Source of the DNA: Waddliaceae bacterium
Lineage (GTDB): Bacteria > Chlamydiota > Chlamydiia > Chlamydiales > SLFE01
Direction of reading: 5' to 3'
Length of the DNA: 64,000 nucleotides
NCBI GenBank assembly: GCA_963771045.1
Contig: CAVYRW010000004.1
Span: forward strand, 1,792,001-1,856,000
Of the stretch, positions 19,230 through 28,909 are shown piece after piece. The translations under genes were made by a program, and so were the position numbers. The stretch's first letter is position 1, and each line of letters starts with the position of its first letter. The notes under the pieces were generated by a model that was not told the DNA's origin, ran no database searches, and worked only from the letters and a program-made list of their open reading frames with translations.

Positions 19230-20783
19230 ATGAAAGCGATACAAAACCCTTCTATAGAACAGCTTCAGAAAGAAAATTCAGAACTCAAAAATGAGATCAA
19301 TTACTTCAAAGAACAACTGGAATGGTTCAAACGCCAGATATTTGACAAACGCTCTGAAAAGATCATCCCCCAGAATGAAAATCAACTGGAATTCGATGGC
19401 TTCGGTAATCTTCAAGGAGAAGAAAAAGAAGAGAAAAAAACGGTTTCTTCCCATACAAGACGAAAGCTGAAAAGAAACGGAAAAGACAAAATCACTCTAC
19501 CCGAAGATATCCCAACGGAAGTTATTCCTGTCGACATTCCCGAAGAGGAGAAAGTATGCCCTGAAACAGGAAAACCTCTCGTAAAAATGGGGGAAGAGGT
19601 AACCTATAAGCTTGCTTGCAAGCCCACCAGCTATTACCTTAAAAAGTAAGTTCGTCCCAAGTACGTTTCTCCGGATCGTCCTGAGCATGGAGTTTCAATA
19701 GCGCCGCTTCCGGGTTCATTATTAGATCGTTGTTTTGCGGATGAAAGCCTGCTTGCAGACATTATGGTTAAGAAATACGCCGACCACTTGCCTCTATACC
19801 GCCAAAGTGAAATGCGTGCAAGGGAAGATGTTAGGATAAGCCGGCAAAACCTTTGCACATGGGTTGTAAAAGCGGGTCTCGCCTTAAAACCCTTGTATAC
19901 ATTAATGAAAACAAAAATTCTTGAAAGTGAAAATGCTTTTGCGGATGAAACTCCTGTCAAGATGCTGGCTCCCGGAAGAGGAAAAACTAAAGAGTCTTAT
20001 GTATGGGCGCTCGCTGGAGGAAAAACAAAAGATCCGCCTTATCGGATTTATCAATTTTTCGAAAACCGCAAGCATTGCAACGCGAAAGAACTTTTAAAAG
20101 GTTTCAAGGGGACTCTTCATTCCGATAAATATGGAGCTTATGAAACGCTGGCAAATATGAAGCAGTATACCTGGTGCCCCTGCATGGCGCACATTCGTCG
20201 TAAATTTTTCGATATCCAAAGCGGCGATAAAGAGTTTAAAGATTGGTTTTTAGCCCAAATTCAGGAGCTTTACAAGTATGAAAAAATCGCTTGGGGAAAA
20301 TCCCCCGAAGAACGATTAAAAATACGGCGGGAAGATGAGGAGCCGATCATCAGCGAAATGATCAAACAGGCGAAAAAAAAGCTTCAAGACCATAAAATTC
20401 TCCCAAAATCAAAACTAATGGCAGCGTTGAAGTATTTTTGCGGCCTTATTCCTCATCTTAAAAACTATATTAAAAATCCTTTTGCCCATCTTGATAACAA
20501 TGTTGCCGAACGAGCAATACGTCCCTTAGCAATCGGTCGTAAAAACTGGCTCTTTTTTGGAAGCGCTAATGGAGGGGAAGCAGCAGGAATCATATACTCC
20601 CTTATTCAAACATGCCGTGAACTTGGCATTAATCCCCACGAATATCTTGAAGATGTCATGCGCAGTTTAATGGATCACCCCGCAAACAAGCTGTACGAAC
20701 TTCTCCCCGATCGCTGGGCTAAGGCAAAGGGGCTCTCGATCTCTAAAGAATCTGGAATAATTTTTCCAGATGGGCTTAAATGA
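19230..20783 (+). pseudogene. tnpC: IS66 transposase TnpC with in-frame nonsense codon
   Basis: The two track ORFs share a frame and are separated only by TAA 19647-19649 (KK*VRPKY). Motifs HLPLYRQ, ADETPV, CMAHIRRKF, DNNVAERAIR. Confidence 0.9.
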
Positions 20784-20862
20784 CGCTTACCATTATACGT
20801 GCTTATATTCAATTCCAAGGCGATAATTGTGGACGCAACGTGATAATGACAACTATTAAAAA

Positions 20863-21611
20863 CTAAGATGAAATGTGAGGGTGTAAAATAAACTGTGTAA
20901 ACACATTTACAGCCTCATCTGCTAGTTTGGGATTTCGATAGACCCACCGTTGTCCCGATACCTCTTTCACCTCTTTTTGAACGATCACTTCTTGTTTGTT
21001 CTTTTTGCTGCATTTTCGAGAATCATCGATGTGCTTAAATTTAGTTATAACTTTATCCCTATGGAATCTTCCCCTGTCTTCCCAGGTAACGTAAAATGAC
21101 TCGATTTCAGGATCCTTGGAAAGTTGTCTTTCAATTTCGCGCTTTCTTTCCTCTCCCTTACCTCTTTCCACTTTTTCTTCATTTTTATGCCCTCGGCAGA
21201 CATCCACTACTTTCCTTTCTTCAGGGATATACACCGTTTCCAAGACAAGCTCCCTAATATTTGTAAATTCAAAGGAGTCTGCCGCTTCTCGGCATGTCTC
21301 AAGTGTATAGCTCCCATTGCCTTCAGTATATTGATTATCTGATAGAAACTTCTCATTGCTATGAAAATTCGTATTAGCCGTATTGTCTTTGACCCCGTCG
21401 CTTTCTAAAAAGTCTACAAGCTCATTGTTGTCGATATTTCCCCAAGTTACTTGATATCATCTGAAGAAGTCTTACTAATTTGTGTGTAGGCATTTTTCGA
21501 TTCTTCCTTTCCAAAATTGACACCCATTTCACGATAATGATCTAATGAAGCAACTAAACCTGTAGAACTTGTTGTTGTACAAAGTAGAATTAATATTCTT
21601 ATCGTTTTCAT
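20863..21611 (-). pseudogene. Degraded exported-protein gene, probably the N-terminal part of traN
   Basis: ATG 21611 sits 2 nt after the ATPase stop and encodes a signal-like MKTIRILILLCTT; frameshift near 21450; open frame 21456-20863 has spaced Cys (TLETCRE, DVCRGH, RKCSK). Position after traU matches F-type gene order. Confidence 0.45.
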
Positions 21612-21613
21612 AG

Positions 21614-23068
21614 TTAAAACAAACTGTCGATGTTGATCTGATTATCCACTGCTTCAAGATAATTAGCATTTTCCTTTGCGCCATAAGGAGTTATGAGAGT
21701 TGTGAATAATGCCTTCTTGGTTTTTGTTTTCTCAGCAAATAATACCTGCTTCCTAAGCAGCTCTTTTGCATATGTCTTTGTCACAGTGAAAGTTGAATTA
21801 TGAAATTTCATTTCACAAAGATTGATACACTGATCAGCTCGATCAATCACAAGATCAACTTCACTTTCTTTTTTCCCATTTTCGAATGATTTCCAGTGGC
21901 TTACCTCTGTCAAAACAGCGCTAATACCCAGAGCCTCTTTAATCTTGGAGACATGCTTAAAGCAAAGGCATTCAAAAGCGAATCCTGACCAACTTTTCCA
22001 TGAAGGATCAGTCTGCTTTTTTATCCAGTAATCCTTCTCTAATCCGTGAAGAATGATGCTTTTTACATCATCTATCCAATTGAGATAAAAGAGGCTATAT
22101 TCATCGATGAGGTAATAAAATGACTCTTTTATATTTTTCCCGGTTTGAGGGAATATCAAGATAAATCCGGATTCTTCAAGCTCTCGCAGAATTTCAGATG
22201 ACCATCCTCCGGTTTTTAAACCTGCTTTTTTGAGAAGTTCGTTTCTTGTCATTCCTTGTCTTTTTTTAGCTAAGGTTTTGACAATTTCAATGTGAACATG
22301 CGAATGATGAAATAATGAATGGAATAGCTTATGAAATTCAGTTAAGAGAGGTGATTGAGGAGTAAAACATAATTTGTGAATATTTTGCGCAGCGGACATT
22401 CCAGGTTCAACGTAAGAGAGATATTTTGGAATCCCTCCTGTAACCATGTAAATTTCGCATATTTGTTTATTTGTAAGATCTATATTGCGAGATTGGAAAT
22501 ATTCTTTAATCTCTGAAAGAGTAAAGGGATTTAACCTCAATTGAGCGCTTAGCCTTCCATACAGGCCGCCGGTATTATTGATGATATTACTAATCATCCA
22601 TGATGCGGCAGAACCAGACACAACCAATAACAAGTTATCCAACCTAGACCAATAGAGATTCCAATAATGGTCAAGGGCTTGCAAAAATCCTGATTTATCC
22701 GATGCCAGCCAAGGAAGCTCGTCAAAAAACAGGATAATTTTTTGACCAGAACTGATTTTTTCCAATTCATTCGTAAGGTTATCAAAAGCATCACTCCATG
22801 TCTTTGGCCGTTTAATCTGTTTTTCTTGTTTAAATAGTGCGCAATATTGCCTGTGGAAATTCTCAATTTGTTCATCTTCGGAAGCGTTATAGGATCCTGT
22901 GATCTCAAAAAATATTCCTTTATCTTTGAAATATTGAGTGATTAGAAAGGTTTTTCCAACCCTCCTTCTCCCATATATTGCTAAGAATTCTGCTTCTCTC
23001 GATTTGTAAAGCCGATCGAGAAGCTTCAATTCTTCCTTCCTCCCCACCAAACTTTTTTTCGTCATCAT
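21614..23068 (-). CDS. AAA-family ATPase with winged-helix-like region and C-terminal PD-(D/E)xK-like domain
   Basis: Walker A YGRRRVGKT, Walker B FFDELPW, TGGIPKYL, C-terminal EVDLVID...CEMKF. Confidence 0.9.
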   Translation of the reverse strand: MMTKKSLVGRKEELKLLDRLYKSREAEFLAIYGRRRVGKTFLITQYFKDKGIFFEITGSYNASEDEQIENFHRQYCALFKQEKQIKRPKTWSDAFDNLTNELEKISSGQKIILFFDELPWLASDKSGFLQALDHYWNLYWSRLDNLLLVVSGSAASWMISNIINNTGGLYGRLSAQLRLNPFTLSEIKEYFQSRNIDLTNKQICEIYMVTGGIPKYLSYVEPGMSAAQNIHKLCFTPQSPLLTEFHKLFHSLFHHSHVHIEIVKTLAKKRQGMTRNELLKKAGLKTGGWSSEILRELEESGFILIFPQTGKNIKESFYYLIDEYSLFYLNWIDDVKSIILHGLEKDYWIKKQTDPSWKSWSGFAFECLCFKHVSKIKEALGISAVLTEVSHWKSFENGKKESEVDLVIDRADQCINLCEMKFHNSTFTVTKTYAKELLRKQVLFAEKTKTKKALFTTLITPYGAKENANYLEAVDNQINIDSLF

Positions 23069-23116
23069 ATTCCCCTTTTTCTTCTTTTATACAACAAAGA
23101 AAGAATAAGTTCAATA

Positions 23117-23200
23117 GATATGGCGTAGAAATTGGGATATTTACGCCATATCATGATTTATATTAGCATTTGTGGCGCATATAACTCTTATTTCACGCCA
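23117..23200. promoter_or_regulatory. Tandem palindromic boxes TGGCG-N18-CGCCA upstream of the ATPase
   Basis: Box 1 is an 11-bp perfect IR, GATATGGCGTA(23117-27)/TACGCCATATC(23142-52). Box 2 is TGGCG(23173-77)-N18-CGCCA(23196-200). Period 52 bp. Confidence 0.55.
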
Positions 23201-23240
23201 TTAAATATTTTTATACCCCATTTTTTAGCCCTTAAACGAT

Positions 23241-23278
23241 AAAAACGTCTATACTTGGCCATAAGTATAGGCGTTTTT
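23241..23278 (-). terminator. Intrinsic terminator after traU
   Basis: 16-bp IR AAAAACGTCTATACTT / AAGTATAGGCGTTTTT (1 mismatch), 6-nt loop, T run on either strand. Confidence 0.65.
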
Positions 23279-23294
23279 AACGGATTATGTGGCC

Positions 23295-24290
23295 TCATTC
23301 CCCTCCTCCGATTATTAATTCGGCTATTTCGACTGCATCTAAACAGCAGTGCTTTTTCTGCCATAGAATATAAACAAAATCCTCTCCCTCAAATGGGTAC
23401 GATTTGCACGACCCCCATAAGACATCTGTTTCCCCTAGAGCATGGCATCCATTGCTTGTATCGGCTACTGGGTGAGCTAGCTGGGTCTTGTAGAGGGTTT
23501 TCTTTATGATAGGCATATATGTGGCCTCGCAGAAATTGTCCTTCTCATAGCCGCGGATGAAGCCTGTTTTGTGCATTTTAGCGAGGCCTCTTTGGAGAAG
23601 GAGCTGGCTGGCCTGAATCCCCCCGACGTGACTGCCAACAAAGCCTGTAAAGGGATAAAGGGATCCGTGACAGCCTGCGCACCAGAAAAGGGCGTCTGTG
23701 GGCCTATAAAAGGTCGAGGAGGCGCAATCTGCGATGCAGGCGGCATGGGACAAGGGATTGGCAAAAAGGGCCACCTCGGGGTTTAGAATATTGGTCAGAC
23801 TGTCATCGTACCAGGTATAGTCGAGTTCGCTGAAGTATGAGAGGTCCCATGATCCCTTTTCTACGCAAGTGAAGTCGGTCAGGATGTCCAGGATGGCAAA
23901 AACGGGATAATCGTAGATATGGACGTGGGCAAAGCTTGATTTAGTGCCCGATTGGTGACTGCTGAGGCAGCCTCGATTTTTGATGCTTTCGGTTCCAATG
24001 GAAACCCCTCCGAGGCCTATGAGCTTGTAGGCATGATGAGTGACATCGATGAGTTTAGTCGGCTCCCAAAAAGTGATGGGGACACCGGGTCTGGGAGGAA
24101 CTCCGGGGCAGATGCAATAAATAGCATCGTAATCGGTGTAGTCTTTGTACTCAGGAGTTGTATTGACCGATGATACTGTAATGGGAAACATGCACTCCCA
24201 GCAGATATCCGTCAAAGGATTGACGACAGTCCCCTCTTCAGCAAAGAGGAGGCCAAAACCTGTTATTAAAAGAAAGAGTATTCGGACCAT
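23295..24290 (-). CDS. traU: F-type conjugative transfer protein TraU
   Basis: NPLTDICWECMFPI, FWEP, SELD..W.DD, LFWCAGC.GSLYP, C-terminal GEDF..ILW.KKHCC. Confidence 0.93.
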   Translation of the reverse strand: MVRILFLLITGFGLLFAEEGTVVNPLTDICWECMFPITVSSVNTTPEYKDYTDYDAIYCICPGVPPRPGVPITFWEPTKLIDVTHHAYKLIGLGGVSIGTESIKNRGCLSSHQSGTKSSFAHVHIYDYPVFAILDILTDFTCVEKGSWDLSYFSELDYTWYDDSLTNILNPEVALFANPLSHAACIADCASSTFYRPTDALFWCAGCHGSLYPFTGFVGSHVGGIQASQLLLQRGLAKMHKTGFIRGYEKDNFCEATYMPIIKKTLYKTQLAHPVADTSNGCHALGETDVLWGSCKSYPFEGEDFVYILWQKKHCCLDAVEIAELIIGGGE

Positions 24291-24862
24291 CAGGCTCCCC
24301 TATTCAGTTTGTCTAGAAGGGATTTAGCGTTTTTCGTGTCTCCTTGCTTTTCGAATGTTTCAAGAGCATAGCGTATTGAGGTTGTTCCTGTCATTTTGTC
24401 AAAGCGGTTATCGTCAATGAGAATCGTTGTGGGGACCAAGTTTATTTGATACTTGGAAAAATCCGGTGGGTTAAGAACAATGGGGGCATGAACTCCCCTT
24501 TTCCTAAGAGAAGCGACTTTATTTGCGAATGATCTAAAGCTATTGTCTGGAAGCCCTCTGATAACAAAAGCGCCGCCGACTTTCTGAAGGCTTTCGGATA
24601 ATTCAACCCAAAGTCTGTCTGGAACGGAAAAGGACATGAATACTAAAAGACTTGGATCATCCTGACTAACTGGTGGAATATAGCAGGGTTTTTTGTAGTT
24701 TTCTTTCAGTATCTCATTGTTTCTTGCCTGAATTTCTGAATAGTCATATTGGGAATTTGCCTCGGCAACTTTTTGTTTTACAATCTTTTTGAACCAATCG
24801 GAGGATTCTTCAGCTGAAAGAATCCCCATGGATAGAAGAAATAGAAGTGCGGCAGTTTTCAT
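24290..24862 (-). CDS. trbC: F-type pilin assembly protein TrbC
   Basis: LLVFMSFSVP, FVIRGLPDNSF, LNPPDFSKYQINLVP; lies between traW and traU. Confidence 0.88.
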   Translation of the reverse strand: MKTAALLFLLSMGILSAEESSDWFKKIVKQKVAEANSQYDYSEIQARNNEILKENYKKPCYIPPVSQDDPSLLVFMSFSVPDRLWVELSESLQKVGGAFVIRGLPDNSFRSFANKVASLRKRGVHAPIVLNPPDFSKYQINLVPTTILIDDNRFDKMTGTTSIRYALETFEKQGDTKNAKSLLDKLNRGA

Positions 24863-25461
24863 TCCCCTCCCCCGACTGGAATTTCTTCGATTTTTAGATA
24901 CTTACCCTCCTGAGAGACTCTGGCCGGGACATGAGAAATGTTTAGGTGTTTGCATAATACCCCGCCCTGGTCGAAATACATGGGATTTTCGAGCTTTTCC
25001 TCTAATTCCAGGGGATTACCTTTAATAAGGATCCATGCCCCGCGTTCATTGGAGGCCCACTCGATGTGAGACTGATTGGATCCGTCAATAAAAAGTAGAT
25101 TTTGGGAAAGTGAAGTGGCAAATAACGGATTATAGACAGTTCCTTTTTTGGCAATTATATTCCCCTCGTGATCTTTGATGTCCTGATTGACGGTTATCGT
25201 AGGGTCGAAATAGTGCGATTTATAACTCTCAGATTCCGTAATGCCATTTACAGAGGGAGGATGAGTGAGCCTATCTGAGTAGTGGTCTTGCAGTTTTTTT
25301 TGCAGAGATTTTTTTTGAGAATCAGAGAGGTTATCAACTCTATTTTTCAGAAAATCAATCAGGTCTTGCTCTGATATGGAAAAAGTATTTCCCCTTGTCC
25401 CGAAATCTTTTGCATAGGCTGAGTTGAAGAGAAGGAGTGCTATGATTATAAAACGGGCCAT
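24859..25461 (-). CDS. traW: F-type conjugative transfer protein TraW
   Basis: AKDFGTRGNTFSISEQD, FDPTI...DIKD..G, YFDQGG, VPARVSQEG. Confidence 0.92.
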   Translation of the reverse strand: MARFIIIALLLFNSAYAKDFGTRGNTFSISEQDLIDFLKNRVDNLSDSQKKSLQKKLQDHYSDRLTHPPSVNGITESESYKSHYFDPTITVNQDIKDHEGNIIAKKGTVYNPLFATSLSQNLLFIDGSNQSHIEWASNERGAWILIKGNPLELEEKLENPMYFDQGGVLCKHLNISHVPARVSQEGKYLKIEEIPVGGGE

Positions 25462-25907
25462 AGCTCCTCCTCGATGTTCTCTGCAGGGATCAGACCGAAT
25501 TCTTCATAACGCGAGTCAAAGCTATCCTCATGGGGACAAAAGACAAAGTAGAGTCCCTTAGGTATGACCTGCTCAGGTATGGGATGCAGATCAAACCCGG
25601 AGAGAGATTTGTCTTTAGCTATCGCAATCTGACTTCCATTGATCGAGATTTTTCCCTCTTTATGGGTGATGCGGTCGCCGGGAACACCGATAACCTGCTT
25701 TGATAGCCTTGAATCATAATTGGGATGCGAGAGTGTGACAAAGCTATCTTTTTTCATCTCGTGGAGGGGTTTGCTCAGGAGGAGGGTATAGGCATGACTT
25801 GGAGTTAAATTGATCCTGATGGAATAGGGGCTAAAAATAAGAAAAACAATGAGAGCTAGTAGAGCCGAGGATATAAAAAAAAAGCGGTTTGCTTTTCTGT
25901 CCGTCAC
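25446..25907 (-). CDS. S26 conjugative transfer signal peptidase (TrhF-like)
   Basis: INLTPS, KQVIGVPGD, DSFDSRY; lies between traC and traW. Confidence 0.88.
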   Translation of the reverse strand: MTDRKANRFFFISSALLALIVFLIFSPYSIRINLTPSHAYTLLLSKPLHEMKKDSFVTLSHPNYDSRLSKQVIGVPGDRITHKEGKISINGSQIAIAKDKSLSGFDLHPIPEQVIPKGLYFVFCPHEDSFDSRYEEFGLIPAENIEEELWPVL

Positions 25908-28362
25908 TTTCTTCTCTCCAGCATGATTTTTAAGGCCTCAATAGTCGATTTGCCCTGTTCTTTGAGGGCTTGCAGATCGGCATAATCTTCTGCTATTGTG
26001 CTATAGAGAAGCTTGGAAAAGGGATCCAATATTGTTCTGGCTATCGAATATCCGCCGTGGGCATCGCAGATCATTACTTCGGAATATTCTGTCCCTTTCT
26101 TGATTACGGTTTCTAAGGCTCTCCGCTTATTCTCGTCGAAAATGTCCATATCAACAGCTTTTTTCAATGAACTCGGTTTCTGTTTGAGAAGGCACATCCA
26201 GTCTGAATTATCATAAGCGGCCTTAGCGCCCGTACTCTTGAAAAAGTCTTCTAGACTTTGGGTTCCTATGACGAGGGATCCTCGGTATTTTCTTAGGCGC
26301 CTGGCAAGCGTTTCGATGAAGGGGCCTGTCTGCTCCCCTTTCAGAAGATCCCAGGCTTCGTCGATGCAAATGAATGTAGGTGTCTTTCGATCACCCATGA
26401 AAACACGGTTGCTGATCTCCATAATGAAAATCTGGAGAATGACCGATTGGAGGTCTTTTCTTCCTTTGAGTTCCTCTAGCTCTATGAGAACCATATTTTC
26501 ATTAAAGTTAACGTTTGAATCACCATCGAAGTAATGGCCGTAATTGCCGTTTTTCATATAAGGCGTTAGCATTGTTCCGAGGCTGTAGGCCTCTTTTTCC
26601 TTTTCATTGAGGAGAATATTACCAACATCTGTGATCTGAGCTTTTCTCCCCTTTTCTTCCCAGGCTCTGGCTATGGCCATTTCAATAAAGGCATTTTGAT
26701 AATCTGTTGTCCCCTCTGATGGGGCAGCCATACAAGAAATGATCGATTTTATCCCGCTGAAGGCAACTAACCTCTCTTCAGGATCGTTGGGTATGTTGGT
26801 AAAGGGATTTAGGCAAAGGGTTGTTCCTTTGTTGAACTCGATTTTTTGGCCTCCAATAACATCGCAAAGTTTTTCAAAGCTTCGACCGACATCAAGGACG
26901 TAAACCTTGGCGCCTGTCCCCAGGCCATTCATCATAAGTTCTTGCATGAAGACGGACTTTCCCGAACCGCTGTCTCCGACGACAATTGTGTTGAAGTTCC
27001 CTGTTCCGTCGAAGGGATTGAAATTGAGGATCTGTCCCCTCCTCCCGAGAAGAATGGTTCCGGGATTGTGAGTCCCCATCCATTCCCCTTGCATAGGTAT
27101 GAATGAGGGAGTTTCCGGGGAAAGGGTTGTTCTGAGCAAATTCAAGTCTTTTAAGTCCTGAGAGTATTCAGCTCATGTCATGGGGAGGATGGACAGGAAT
27201 TGAGGGAGGTGAATGAAGGTATTTTCGGCTAAGCGAAATTCGTTAGCCCTGTATATGCTTCGAATGACCTGCTCAATGTTTTCGACATTTTGAGGAGTCG
27301 ACCAAAAACCTGTCGATAGTTCGGTTGTGACGAATTTGGCTCCTTCCTTAAGTGAGTGACGAATATGATCGCATTCATTGATTTCATCTTTGAGCGAGGT
27401 GATCATACGACAGAGGGCGGCTGACTGTCCTTGCTTTTCTATAAGCTGGCTTCTTCTCCAGTGCCTTCCCTCTTCTACAGACTGCTTGGGACAGTGGATT
27501 CCGTAGTGGATGTAAAAAGGGGTGTTGATTCGGTAGTTGTCATTGATGAAGTCCCCTATCAGATTCCCCATAAGGTTTAAATGCCAATAGTCGGGATAAT
27601 CGACGGCCCTAAAGCTTTTAAAGACTGCGGAAGACTCTTTTTCCCAGATGAGGCGTCTGCTTCAACTGTCATATTACCACCCGTTGTCAGCTGGGATGAA
27701 AGGCTCTGAAGGGGATTCCATTTTTTTCTCACAGGGAAGGGAGAAAGATCAAAATCAACCAAAGATCCAACATTGTCTAGAAAATCTTGCGCCCTCCAGC
27801 TTTGAGCATGAGAGAGCATTTTCAAGACTTTCAAGGCCTTATTCTTTTTATTTTTGACCCTGTCTGCAAGATTTGAGCTATATTTCCCTTTCATGCTGAA
27901 GGAGAAGAAAAATCGGAAGATCCTTGGACTCGTCAGCTGGGTTTCATTGAAAAACTTGGCCCTCTGTTTGATGAATTCATAGAAGATATCCCCATGTTTT
28001 GCTCTGATCTGGGCATGAGATTTCAGATAGTGATTGATCCTGTGGTCTGCAAAAAGAAGGCACTGGATTGAAGATCCTTCTTCAAGGGTCTCTTCAAAAA
28101 GCCCTTTAAATTCCCTCTGGGCCGTCTCGTCCCCTCCAACCAGTGGTGGCATCTCAATCGTGAATCCAAGACTATCATCGTTGATGAATAAGCCGCTTTC
28201 CTCATCGTAGGACTGGTAAGGTAAGATCGAAGCAAGAGTGTCGAAGGAAAAGACGCTTTCTTTGATCTCGGGCCTTTTGAGAAGCGATTCCTTGATTCCC
28301 ACGTCGGGGTCACCAAAGAATCCGGCAATTCTCCTCCCCGCTTTGCTCAAACTGTCAATCAT
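25904..28362 (-). pseudogene. traC: F-type TraC (VirB4-like ATPase), interrupted
   Basis: Frameshift near 27655 and in-frame TGA at 27173-27175 (LPMT*AEY). Walker A GDSGSGKS, Walker B IDEAW, RRLRKYRGS. Confidence 0.9.
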
Positions 28363-28713
28363 GGACTACACTCCCCTCCCCCACAGGTTTCTTGAAAGTA
28401 GATGTAGTGTCCATCTGTTTTGGAACACCCAAACTCCTCCCCTTCAACCCATACTCGTTTGAGTATGGCATTACTTCCCACTCTCCCGGGATGAGTCCGG
28501 CACCGCCTTTCTTTGCAGTCTGTGCAAGAGGTTCTGGGGATTTTACCGAGAAAAATGTCTGGGCCCCCTTCCGGGGTTTCAATGATCATGCTTTGAATTT
28601 CGGATACAGAGGTGCAGGGAACACCCTCCCGGGTGGGCAGTCAAATTGAGTCTTGTATGCTTGGCAAGAACAAAGCACAATTGGTATCAAAAGCAGGAGT
28701 TTTCTAGCGTTCA
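28355..28713 (-). pseudogene. traV: F-type lipoprotein TraV, frameshifted
   Basis: GGAGG + ATG 28713. Fragments in different frames read LLLIPIVLCSC (lipobox)-QAYKTQFDCPPG and EGVPCTSVSEIQSMI; immediately upstream of traC. Confidence 0.7.
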
Positions 28714-28909
28714 TGGGCCTCCAGGGAATAGAATGCCTCATTTGTTTCCAAATAGGACTCTTCATCCTCAGGATCTATATGTCAATCACGACTATTGATG
28801 TCTACATATATTTGTGCGTATATGTATATTTTTGTTGTTTTTATATTTTTATCTAATGAAATATGTCTCTCACTGTCGTAGGAGAAGTGACCATCTACCA
28901 ATAAAAGAA

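Larger units (their letters stand above)
18453..20790 (+). mobile_element. IS66-family element (three-gene type), 2338 bp
   Basis: 23-bp IRs GTAAGCGTCAATTAAACCCATCT / AGATGGGCTTAAATGACGCTTAC (2 mismatches); tnpA-tnpB-tnpC order; no 8-bp target duplication. Confidence 0.93.

Noticed and set aside
28803..28826. TACATATA-N8-TATATGTA palindrome as oriT or operator
   Set aside because: Only 8 bp in very AT-rich DNA; no nic consensus or relaxase nearby.
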